DNA of 32,000 bases from Fibrobacterota bacterium (lineage in GTDB: Bacteria > Fibrobacterota > Fibrobacteria > UBA11236), in NCBI GenBank assembly GCA_028287505.1, contig JAQBPN010000060.1:1-32000 (forward strand), read 5' to 3'. The notes beneath the pieces are model-generated. The model saw only the letters and a program-made list of their open reading frames with translations, did not search any database and was not told the origin of the DNA. This document shows, in pieces, positions 25,428-32,000 of the stretch. Numbering within the stretch: position 1 is the first letter of the stretch; every line of letters starts with the position of its first letter. A program made the position numbers and the translations under genes.

Positions 25428-26459
25428 TCATTTGTCCGTCACCCCATAGGTGAGGCCCAGCTGTTTGCGCAAGGGCGCATCGACATTGTGGTTGTGTTCC
25501 CAATAGGTATTCCGGATGCTGGCGATCAACTCCCCCTTTTCCCCGCGGTCGTTTTCCCAGGCCAACAGCTTCCGGGGTGCGGCGGCTTCCACGTGATAGG
25601 TGACGGTGATTCCCTTGGTTACCAGAGTCCACTTTACCGCGGCTTTTCCGCCGCCCTGGAAAGACAGGGTTTCCGGGCCCACCTTGGTCAACACGCCTTC
25701 CGTGAATGCCAGCGGAACGTGCCGCTTGCGCCGCTCCCAAAGTCCGGGCACCAGGTTTATCCGGAGAGGCGCGCCCGCTTCCAGTACCGGACCGTCCAGT
25801 TCGCGCACCAGGATGGGCATTTCGTCTTCGTAATAAAAGGCCGCCGACCGCCCGCCCGCTCCCGGAGCGCCGGCCGCCGGAGCGCCGGCCGCCGGAACGC
25901 CGGGAGCGCTTTTGGGATAGGGCAGAATGGAGATGTTGTCGCCTTCCGCCTCGAAGTAGGAATGGATTTCGGAAACCAGCCCTTTGGATCTGGGAACCAC
26001 CTGGTGGAAGACGCTGCCGCACCATTCCTGGGACGTGAAGGAAATCTTTTGGGGTTGGAAGGGCCTTTCCACCCCCGGGCCGGAAAGGCCGGCGAAAACC
26101 GAAGTCATGATGGAGTAATCGTAAACGCCGGTGGTGAACTTGAGGACGCTGTTGAGTTTGAGCACCGGTATCACCTTGGCGGGAGGGGTCTTATCGCTCT
26201 CCACCTTGATGCGTGTGTCGGCGTTGATTTCCTCATAGACGAAAACCAACACCCCCTGGGCCTTGCGCATCTCGCCGTACCTCTCCGCCGTAATCGCGTA
26301 GCTCGAAAGCTCCGCCAGACCGGATTTCCAGTACTTCAGAAAGTCGGCGCTGGGCGCCGGTTTCGCCGGGCCGGCCGGTTGCGCGAATGCGGTGGCGGAA
26401 GCCAACCAGACCAGGACTACCGCGGTCGGACATATGGATCTCATTGATAAGTTGGCCAT
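25428..26459 (-). CDS. Secreted protein of unknown function
   Basis: 343 aa. Signal peptide ICPTAVVLVWLASATAFAQP. Globular non-repetitive composition apart from a (PAAGA)n linker. I recognise no family. Its stop lies 4 nt from the ParA-like gene's stop (convergent). Confidence 0.7.
   Translation of the reverse strand: MANLSMRSICPTAVVLVWLASATAFAQPAGPAKPAPSADFLKYWKSGLAELSSYAITAERYGEMRKAQGVLVFVYEEINADTRIKVESDKTPPAKVIPVLKLNSVLKFTTGVYDYSIMTSVFAGLSGPGVERPFQPQKISFTSQEWCGSVFHQVVPRSKGLVSEIHSYFEAEGDNISILPYPKSAPGVPAAGAPAAGAPGAGGRSAAFYYEDEMPILVRELDGPVLEAGAPLRINLVPGLWERRKRHVPLAFTEGVLTKVGPETLSFQGGGKAAVKWTLVTKGITVTYHVEAAAPRKLLAWENDRGEKGELIASIRNTYWEHNHNVDAPLRKQLGLTYGVTDK
25862..25906. repeat. 15-nt in-frame tandem repeat (ccggagcgccggccg x2 plus a degenerate third copy)
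   Basis: 25862-25876 and 25877-25891 are identical; 25892-25906 matches 12 of 15. It encodes the ...PAAGAPAAGAPGAGG... linker of the minus-strand 343-aa protein. Confidence 0.85.
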
Positions 26460-26488
26460 GATGAGCTACCTATTATGCAGGGGTGTTG

Positions 26489-27658
26489 ATGGGTAAAATA
26501 AACCCTTTTGGTTCCAAACGTGCCTTCGTCGCCTTCTTTCTCTTTTGCCTCTCCGCCGCTTTCGGCCAAGTGGTGAATCGGTCGGCGGTGGAGAATTTCC
26601 TCATCGAAGGGGAAGTGGGCAAGGCCCAGAAGACCCTCGAGAGCTATCTCGGATCCCCCGATCTCACCTACCCGGACAGCGTCTACATCCTGAAAAACCT
26701 GGGCGTGCTCTACAGTTCCAGCCCCAAACGCAAGGATCTGGGCGACCGGTATTTCTTCCGCCTGCTGGACCTGGATCCGTTCGCTTCCATCCATGATACC
26801 TACGCCAGCAATTCCATCCTGGCGCGCTTCAAGAAGATCCGCAAGACCTACCAGCAGCAGAAGGGCGGCAAGGCCCTGGTTCCCGCCGTGGTGGTTTTCG
26901 ATTTCCACGGAGAAGGCATCAAGAGCGGCGATGGGACGGCCATGGCCCAGCAATTCATCGCCGAGCTGCAGCGCCTGGAAGTGTTCCACACTCTCGATCG
27001 CAGCAACGTGGTGGAAACCATGGACAAGATGCGCATGCAGCCGGAGAAATGCACGAGCAAGGAATGCCGGCTGGACATCGCCCGGCGGCTTACCGCCGAC
27101 AAGCTCGTAACCGTCCAGGCGACCCGCCTGGATACCGTATTCACCTTCACCGTGGCCTATATCGACGTGGAAACCGGGGAAGCCAGCACCAGCCTGACCA
27201 AGGTCTATACCAAGCGTCCGGAAAAGCTGATGGCCGAGGGTTTCGGCGAGCTGGCCTTGGAGCTGCAAAACCATGAAGCCGCTTTCCTGAATCTGAGCGT
27301 AACCCCGGTCAATACCGTCCTCACCATAGACAATACCCCCATGGCGGTTATTTCCTCCCGGGTTCCCCTGAACCCCGGCAAACATCGCATCTGCGGCAGC
27401 AGTCCCGGATACGATACCGAGTGCAAGGATTTCGAAGTGAAGCGGGCGGATGCTCTGACCTATTCCCTGGTGCTGCCCGCAAAGGCAGGCACCCAGGTGC
27501 AAGCCAATAAGGTCTCGGCGGACGAGGATGCGGATGAAGACGAGCCCAATACGGAACCCGGCGAGGCCGCGTCCTCCCATAAGTTCGTCTGGTGGACCTT
27601 GGGGGCCATGGCCGTTCTGGGGGCGACCCTGGCTCTCGTGTTCAATACCAAGAACTGA
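26489..27658 (+). CDS. Exported, C-terminally anchored protein: TPR-like helix pair + LpoB/CsgG/TolB-N-like alpha/beta domain + PEGA domain
   Basis: 389 aa from ATG 26489 (GTG 26483 is also possible). Signal FVAFFLFCLSAAFGQ. VVVFDFHGEGI...AMAQQFIAELQRLEVFHTLDR...CTSKECRLDIARRLTADKLVTVQATRLDTVFTFTVAYIDVETGE is the pattern of periplasmic LpoB/CsgG-like modules. PEGA-like LNLSVTPVNTVLTIDNTPMAV...LNPGKHRICGSSPGYDTECKDFEVK. Acidic linker, then TM FVWWTLGAMAVLGATLALVF. Confidence 0.75.
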   Translation: MGKINPFGSKRAFVAFFLFCLSAAFGQVVNRSAVENFLIEGEVGKAQKTLESYLGSPDLTYPDSVYILKNLGVLYSSSPKRKDLGDRYFFRLLDLDPFASIHDTYASNSILARFKKIRKTYQQQKGGKALVPAVVVFDFHGEGIKSGDGTAMAQQFIAELQRLEVFHTLDRSNVVETMDKMRMQPEKCTSKECRLDIARRLTADKLVTVQATRLDTVFTFTVAYIDVETGEASTSLTKVYTKRPEKLMAEGFGELALELQNHEAAFLNLSVTPVNTVLTIDNTPMAVISSRVPLNPGKHRICGSSPGYDTECKDFEVKRADALTYSLVLPAKAGTQVQANKVSADEDADEDEPNTEPGEAASSHKFVWWTLGAMAVLGATLALVFNTKN

Positions 27659-27721
27659 CCCGGTCTCCCGGGAAGCCGGGAGCTCGGGATGGGGCCGGCG
27701 TAATCGGGAACGGGTGAATGG

Positions 27722-27748
27722 AAAAGGGGTGCTTGAAGCACCCCTTTT
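27722..27748. terminator. Bidirectional rho-independent terminator between convergent genes
   Basis: aaaaggggtgc-ttgaa-gcacccctttt: a perfect 11-bp stem with a GC core, with A4 and T4 flanks giving a U-tract on either strand. It lies 64 nt after the plus-strand stop (27658) and 50 nt after the minus-strand stop (27798). Confidence 0.75.
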
Positions 27749-27797
27749 CGTTTCCATCAAGACTGTCCGGGCCGTCGGACCTTATGCCTAGCGGAAC

Positions 27798-28562
27798 TCA
27801 GTCGCTCGGGAGCAGCAGGGTCACGCCGGTCAGTTTTCCGTCCTGGAGAATCAGGGCTTCCCGATTCTTCTGGTCGATCTGGGCGAGTCTTTGTTTGGAG
27901 GATTCCTTGATACGGCCACGATCGTCCAAAAGCAGCTTCTTTTCACCGTCATTCATCATGGCCAGGGCGCTGGACCAGTTCTTCTTGTTCACGGCCGAGA
28001 AAAACTTGTTCACGGTCGCTTTCAACTGGGGGTCGTTCGGATTGTTCGTGGCCAACGGAGCGGCGGCGCTTTCATCTTCCGAAGCGGCGGCGGCGGACGC
28101 GTCCGCCGGAGGAGTGCCCATGGGCCCCTTGGATTCCGAAGCCAAGGCATCGACGTCGGCGGAGGCGGCATCCGGGGAAAGGTTTTCTTCGCTGGCCGCC
28201 ATGGGGTTGGCGTCACCCTGGCGAAGGTTGGGCAGCACGCTGTAGATGCCGGCGATGTGTCCATCTTGCACCCGGATGGCGGGATGGCGGATCAGGGTCT
28301 GCAAACGCAAGGCAAGCAGCATTTTCTGCTTGTCGGTCGGCACCGAGCCCCCTTCCATCATCAGGGCTTTTTCTTCCGGGACCATGTAATCGACGGCTTT
28401 GGCGAAGTTGCGCTTGGAGAGCGACTCGCCGAACCCGGTGAGGAGTTCCAAAAGATCATTCGATCGGGGAGCCTGGGCTACGTCTTTCTTGGTCGAAGAG
28501 CACGCCATGAGCAATCCCATCACGGCAGCCAGGCAAATCCTCGAACTGGATAATGTCTTCAT
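27798..28562 (-). CDS. Lipoprotein with two homologous ~75-aa modules separated by an acidic Ala/Ser/Pro linker
   Basis: 254 aa from ATG 28562. Lipoprotein signal MKTLSSSRICLAAVMGLLMAC. See the internal-duplication finding. No family recognised with confidence (DUF4878-like small alpha+beta modules are a guess). Confidence 0.7.
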   Translation of the reverse strand: MKTLSSSRICLAAVMGLLMACSSTKKDVAQAPRSNDLLELLTGFGESLSKRNFAKAVDYMVPEEKALMMEGGSVPTDKQKMLLALRLQTLIRHPAIRVQDGHIAGIYSVLPNLRQGDANPMAASEENLSPDAASADVDALASESKGPMGTPPADASAAAASEDESAAAPLATNNPNDPQLKATVNKFFSAVNKKNWSSALAMMNDGEKKLLLDDRGRIKESSKQRLAQIDQKNREALILQDGKLTGVTLLLPSD

Positions 28563-28752
28563 AAAAATGGAACCCTTCTGACATCCTGCCATGCGGTAAA
28601 CTGGCCGGAATTTGTCCAATAATATACTCCAAATCCCCCAAGCGGGGGCGGCATTTTACCCGGATTAACGGGTGGAATCAAGGGAGTTCGGGTTCTTTTC
28701 CTTTAGGATTTACGGGATACCCTCAATATCCGAAATTGCCTAAATTGATGCG

Positions 28753-30555
28753 ATGCTGATAGTTCCCGGAAATATGTTGGTAAAGCTCCAAAAACTCCCG
28801 CGGCTTGCGAAACTGGCGGCCTTGGTTTCCAGCCTGTCGATCGCGTCCTGGTGCCAGGGAACGAGCGTGGATTTCCAGGGAACGGTCATCGATGCCAAAG
28901 GCGCGCCCGTCGCGGGAGCCTCGGTCAAATTGCTTGAGTCCTCCCTGGCGACGACGACGGATGCGCAAGGGCTCTTCGCATTGAAAGGATCGGTTTCCAT
29001 CGGCGTGATCCACCGGACCGTTCTGCCGGGAAACCTGAACCTGCGCTACCGGAACGGTATGCTGTTCCTGGAAGGCGCCGGGTCCGGCCGGATCCGCGCG
29101 GAATGGATTTCTCCCGACGGAAGCGTGCGCGCAGTGAGGGGATCGAAAGGGAAAGGGTCTTCCTCCTGGCAATTGGACCTGGACGGATTGGCCGGCCGCG
29201 GCGCGGGCGTGCATTGGGTGCGGATCATCTCCGAGACCGGGAGCAATACTTTCCGCTTCGTCAGCGCAGGGGCCGGGACCCATGGCATCCTGTTCGGCGG
29301 CTCGGTTGCATCCACGGCGGACGCTTCCTCCCGGACTTTGTCCGCCCGGACTCTGTCCGACCGGACCCTGGCGAAGGCGGCCGCATCCGGGTTTGTCCTG
29401 GAGGTTTCCGCCACCGGATTCCTGGCAAAGCGGTTCGCGCAACCCGAACCCGTGAAGGCGGGGCTTTCCCTGGCATTGTTGGCTTCCGGCGCGGGGCTGA
29501 AGGAGCGCATCCAGGATTTCATCGGCGCGGGAAACACCTTCAAGCTCGCCTTCCTCAAGCTGGAAGCTCCCGGATCGCGCAAGTACATCCTCAACTATGC
29601 GGACTTCCAGGAGATGGCGGGCGATACCATGCCCCAGCACGCGTTCGCGGATTCCCGCGGACCGGCGAACTCCCCCTACGGCGCCTTCGCGCCCTCCTGG
29701 TCGCCGGACGGACGCTCGCTGGCCTATGAAACCGGTTGGGAGAATCTCACCACCCCGAACAGCCGCGTTTATATCCAACCGCTTTCGGGCTCGCGCGTCG
29801 ACGGTCCCGGGTATCCGGCCACCAATCCCAGATGGTGGACCGACGGCAAGGATACCTCCCTGGTCTGGTGCAGTTCCGGCAGGGAGGATGCCTGGGCCGA
29901 CACGGCCTCGGCCACGTACCGCCAGAGGGTGGTCGGCGGATCGCTTTCCGGCAGTCCCGAAATCCTGAGCAAGGGAAGCTACAATGCGGGCCTGTCGCCC
30001 GACGGGCGCTATCTCGCCACCGCTTTCCGTTTTGCGTTGATGCAGGAGCTGGATTCCAAGACCAGACGTTTCCTGCACGTGTATCCCGGGCATCCTCCCG
30101 CTTCGGACGGCTCTTCGACCGATTCGCTGCAGGCGTGCAACGGTTCCGTGTCCCAGGATCCGGCCCACCCTTCGCGCATGCTCTTCCTGGATTTCGGAGT
30201 GCCGGACGAACCCTCCTATCCCAATCCCGTGACTCCCAAGCTTTACGCCCAGCACCGCATGATCCTGATCGGGGATTTCGCCTCGGACGCGCCGGGCCGG
30301 ATCGTGGATTTCATTGATTCGCCCGCGGCCGAACTCGCCGTGGAGAACACCTGGGATGATCCCGAATGGACCAACGCCGCCGATTTCGCCGTGGCCACCA
30401 CGCGCGATCCGGACGGCGACAAATCCATCCCCGGCGATCCCGCCTCGACCCAACCGGATATCTACCTGATCAAGCTGAGCACCAAGGAATCGATCAAGGT
30501 TTTTTCCGGCGTCAATCAGGTGCTGCCTGCGGCCTGGATTGGTCCGAAGCCCTGA
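28753..30555 (+). CDS. Exported protein: CarboxypepD_reg-like N-terminal domain + TolB/PD40-like beta-propeller
   Basis: 600 aa (ATG 28753 or ATG 28774). Signal LAKLAALVSSLSIASW. VDFQGTVIDAKGAPVAGASVKLLESSLATTTDAQGLFALKG is the carboxypeptidase-regulatory-like pattern. PD40-like blades FAPSWSPDGRSLAYE and GLSPDGRYLATAF. Confidence 0.75.
   Translation: MLIVPGNMLVKLQKLPRLAKLAALVSSLSIASWCQGTSVDFQGTVIDAKGAPVAGASVKLLESSLATTTDAQGLFALKGSVSIGVIHRTVLPGNLNLRYRNGMLFLEGAGSGRIRAEWISPDGSVRAVRGSKGKGSSSWQLDLDGLAGRGAGVHWVRIISETGSNTFRFVSAGAGTHGILFGGSVASTADASSRTLSARTLSDRTLAKAAASGFVLEVSATGFLAKRFAQPEPVKAGLSLALLASGAGLKERIQDFIGAGNTFKLAFLKLEAPGSRKYILNYADFQEMAGDTMPQHAFADSRGPANSPYGAFAPSWSPDGRSLAYETGWENLTTPNSRVYIQPLSGSRVDGPGYPATNPRWWTDGKDTSLVWCSSGREDAWADTASATYRQRVVGGSLSGSPEILSKGSYNAGLSPDGRYLATAFRFALMQELDSKTRRFLHVYPGHPPASDGSSTDSLQACNGSVSQDPAHPSRMLFLDFGVPDEPSYPNPVTPKLYAQHRMILIGDFASDAPGRIVDFIDSPAAELAVENTWDDPEWTNAADFAVATTRDPDGDKSIPGDPASTQPDIYLIKLSTKESIKVFSGVNQVLPAAWIGPKP
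29331..29375. repeat. 15-nt in-frame tandem repeat x3 (ccggactttgtccgc ccggactctgtccga ccggaccctggcgaa)
   Basis: Encodes RTLSA-RTLSD-RTLAK in the linker between the N-terminal domain and the propeller of the TolB-like protein. Confidence 0.85.
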
Positions 30556-30609
30556 TCGAATGCCGAAATCCGGCGCTTTGCGGGACAATGCTTCCGGTTG
30601 CCTCCGGAG

Positions 30610-30630
30610 CCGGCGGCCGGCGGCCGGCTG
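30610..30630. repeat. GC-only heptamer tandem (ccggcgg ccggcgg ccggctg) in intergenic DNA
   Basis: Read directly; located 55 nt downstream of the TolB-like gene's stop. Confidence 0.7.
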
Positions 30631-30765
30631 GTTGAGGTTTTCGGGACCGATGGTTTGGACAAGGTCCAACTCCTAAAGCGGACCGGGATCTGCCTCGCTT
30701 CCGGCACATAACCGGGAGCACTACTCCCAGCGTGCCGTCCGGCTTCCGATTATTTTACAAATGGC

Positions 30766-32000
30766 ATGGCCGATAGTAGTTTTCCGTTTTTCGGGGGCGT
30801 TATCCAGTCTTTGAAGCCATCTTCGGTGTTCCTCCTGACGAAAAAGGACGGCGAGTTCCTGCGCGTGATCGCCAGCGTCTCCGTGGTGGTGGCGCATTGC
30901 ATCCATTTCTGGGTGGAGGATTTCTACTCGGCCCGCAACTTCCTCTCCCTGTCCTATCTGTCCACCATCCTGGATCAGATCACCCGGTTCACGGTTCCCT
31001 TGTTTTTCTTCCTGTCCGGATTCGGGCTTACGCTCCAATTCCAGGGCAAGCCTTTGCCGCTGGCGAAGTACTACAAGTTCCGCCTCACCAAAATCCTGGC
31101 GCCTTTTCTCCTCTGGTCCCTGATCACGGCCTTTCGTCATCAGGAATACATCCTGAACATGCCCTGGTCCCAGGATTCCTGGGGCACCACGAAAACGTTC
31201 CTCCGCTTTTTGTTTCTGGACGGTTTCGACTACCAGTATTATTTCGTGATCGTCATCTTCCAGTTCTACCTGGTCTATCCGTTGCTGTATAAACTGGGCC
31301 GGTCCAAGCTATGGATGGGCTTGTTCCTGGCCGTGCACCTGGCTTTCATGTCGCCGGTGGAAACCTACCTGGAGTTGTGGGGCCTTTCCCTGCCCAAGTT
31401 CCACCCGAACATCCTGCTTTTCCATTGGCTGTATTGCTTCGCGGGCATTTACGCCGCGTTCAACAAGGATTTTCTCGCCAATCTGCTGACCCGCTGGAGC
31501 AACCGCAAGGTGGCGGTCTTCTGGGTAGGCACGGTCCTTTTGCTGAACTTCGAATTCCTCATGAATATCGTGAACGAGAAATACCTGTTCGATACGGATC
31601 ATTTCAATCGTTGGGCCGTGGTCCTGTATTGCCTTGCCAGTCTGATGGTGTTCATGAAGGCCAAGCGGCTGGTGGCCGATAGGGTCTATGCGAATCCCCG
31701 GTGGCAATTCCTGTTCACGCACGTGGCGCCTTTCACGTTCTTCGTCTACCTGGCGCATACCCACGTGCTGAGGGTGGTGGATTATCTCCTCTGGGAAGTC
31801 ACCCTTTTCGATTTCCTCAACCGTATCATCCTGGTGGTGGCGGGGTCCTATCTGCTGGCCTGGTTCGCCCAATGGCTGCTGGAGGATTTCCCCCGTTTGC
31901 GCTTTTACCTGGGTCTTCCCAACAAACCCAGCCTGGATTGGTCGCAAGTTCCCGGGGCGGGTCTTTTCAAGCTTCGCCGACCGAACCAGGATTTGACCTC
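30766..32000 (+). CDS. Acyltransferase family 3 (AT3) integral membrane O-acyltransferase, 3' end beyond the window
   Basis: Not in the ORF track because there is no stop. I translated frame 1 from ATG 30766 to nt 31998 and found no stop: MADSSFPFFGG...EFLRVIASVSVVVAHCIHFW...ITRFTVPLFFFLSGFGLT...YYKFRLTKILAPFLLWSLI...YYFVIVIFQFYLVYPLLY...FTFFVYLAHTHVL. There are multiple TM helices, and the motifs are AT3-like. The start codon is uncertain. Confidence 0.8.
   Translation, partial: MADSSFPFFGGVIQSLKPSSVFLLTKKDGEFLRVIASVSVVVAHCIHFWVEDFYSARNFLSLSYLSTILDQITRFTVPLFFFLSGFGLTLQFQGKPLPLAKYYKFRLTKILAPFLLWSLITAFRHQEYILNMPWSQDSWGTTKTFLRFLFLDGFDYQYYFVIVIFQFYLVYPLLYKLGRSKLWMGLFLAVHLAFMSPVETYLELWGLSLPKFHPNILLFHWLYCFAGIYAAFNKDFLANLLTRWSNRKVAVFWVGTVLLLNFEFLMNIVNEKYLFDTDHFNRWAVVLYCLASLMVFMKAKRLVADRVYANPRWQFLFTHVAPFTFFVYLAHTHVLRVVDYLLWEVTLFDFLNRIILVVAGSYLLAWFAQWLLEDFPRLRFYLGLPNKPSLDWSQVPGAGLFKLRRPNQDLT

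Noticed and set aside
23006-30669. Antisense ORFs 23006-24253, 26441-27760 and 28723-30669 (415-648 aa)
   Set aside because: They lie opposite murA, the PEGA protein and the TolB-like protein respectively. The same shadow-ORF composition applies.

Overview
GC-rich bacterial chromosomal window. I call 24 protein-coding genes. I saw no rRNA or tRNA genes, CRISPR arrays, transposases, integrases or prophage signatures. All family assignments come from motif recognition by eye; no searches were run.

Layout:
(i) 3-10384 (+): a tightly packed flagellar rotor/export operon, fliE (partial)-fliF-fliG-fliH-fliI-fliJ. Its last gene overlaps the start of a 1533-aa signal-peptide protein that ends in a FlgD-Ig-like / T9SS-type C-terminal domain.
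(ii) 10527-14089 (+): secA-tmk, joined by a GTGA overlap.
(iii) 14145-16860 (-): a three-gene operon with DUF4331 split into two separately exported halves, plus a membrane-anchored TPR protein.
(iv) 17319-20383 (+): a long S41 C-terminal processing protease and a CgeB-like glycosyltransferase.
(v) A DUF2807 lipoprotein (-), a GT-C-like membrane glycosyltransferase (+) and a YjfB-like small motility protein (-).
(vi) murA plus an orphan ParA-like ATPase (+).
(vii) Four exported proteins of unknown function in alternating orientation, then a 3'-truncated acyltransferase-3 gene.

The T9SS-type tail and the extended S41 protease hint at a flagellated FCB-superphylum-like organism; this is inference only.

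Candidates for something new, in order:
1. The giant exported protein joined to fliJ in the position where fliK/flgD/flgE normally follow.
2. The cleanly split DUF4331 + TPR operon, which has homopolymer tracts at its 5' end.
3. murA-ParA plus the adjacent neighbourhood of exported proteins.

The many very long antisense or alternate-frame ORFs in the track are GC-driven shadow ORFs.
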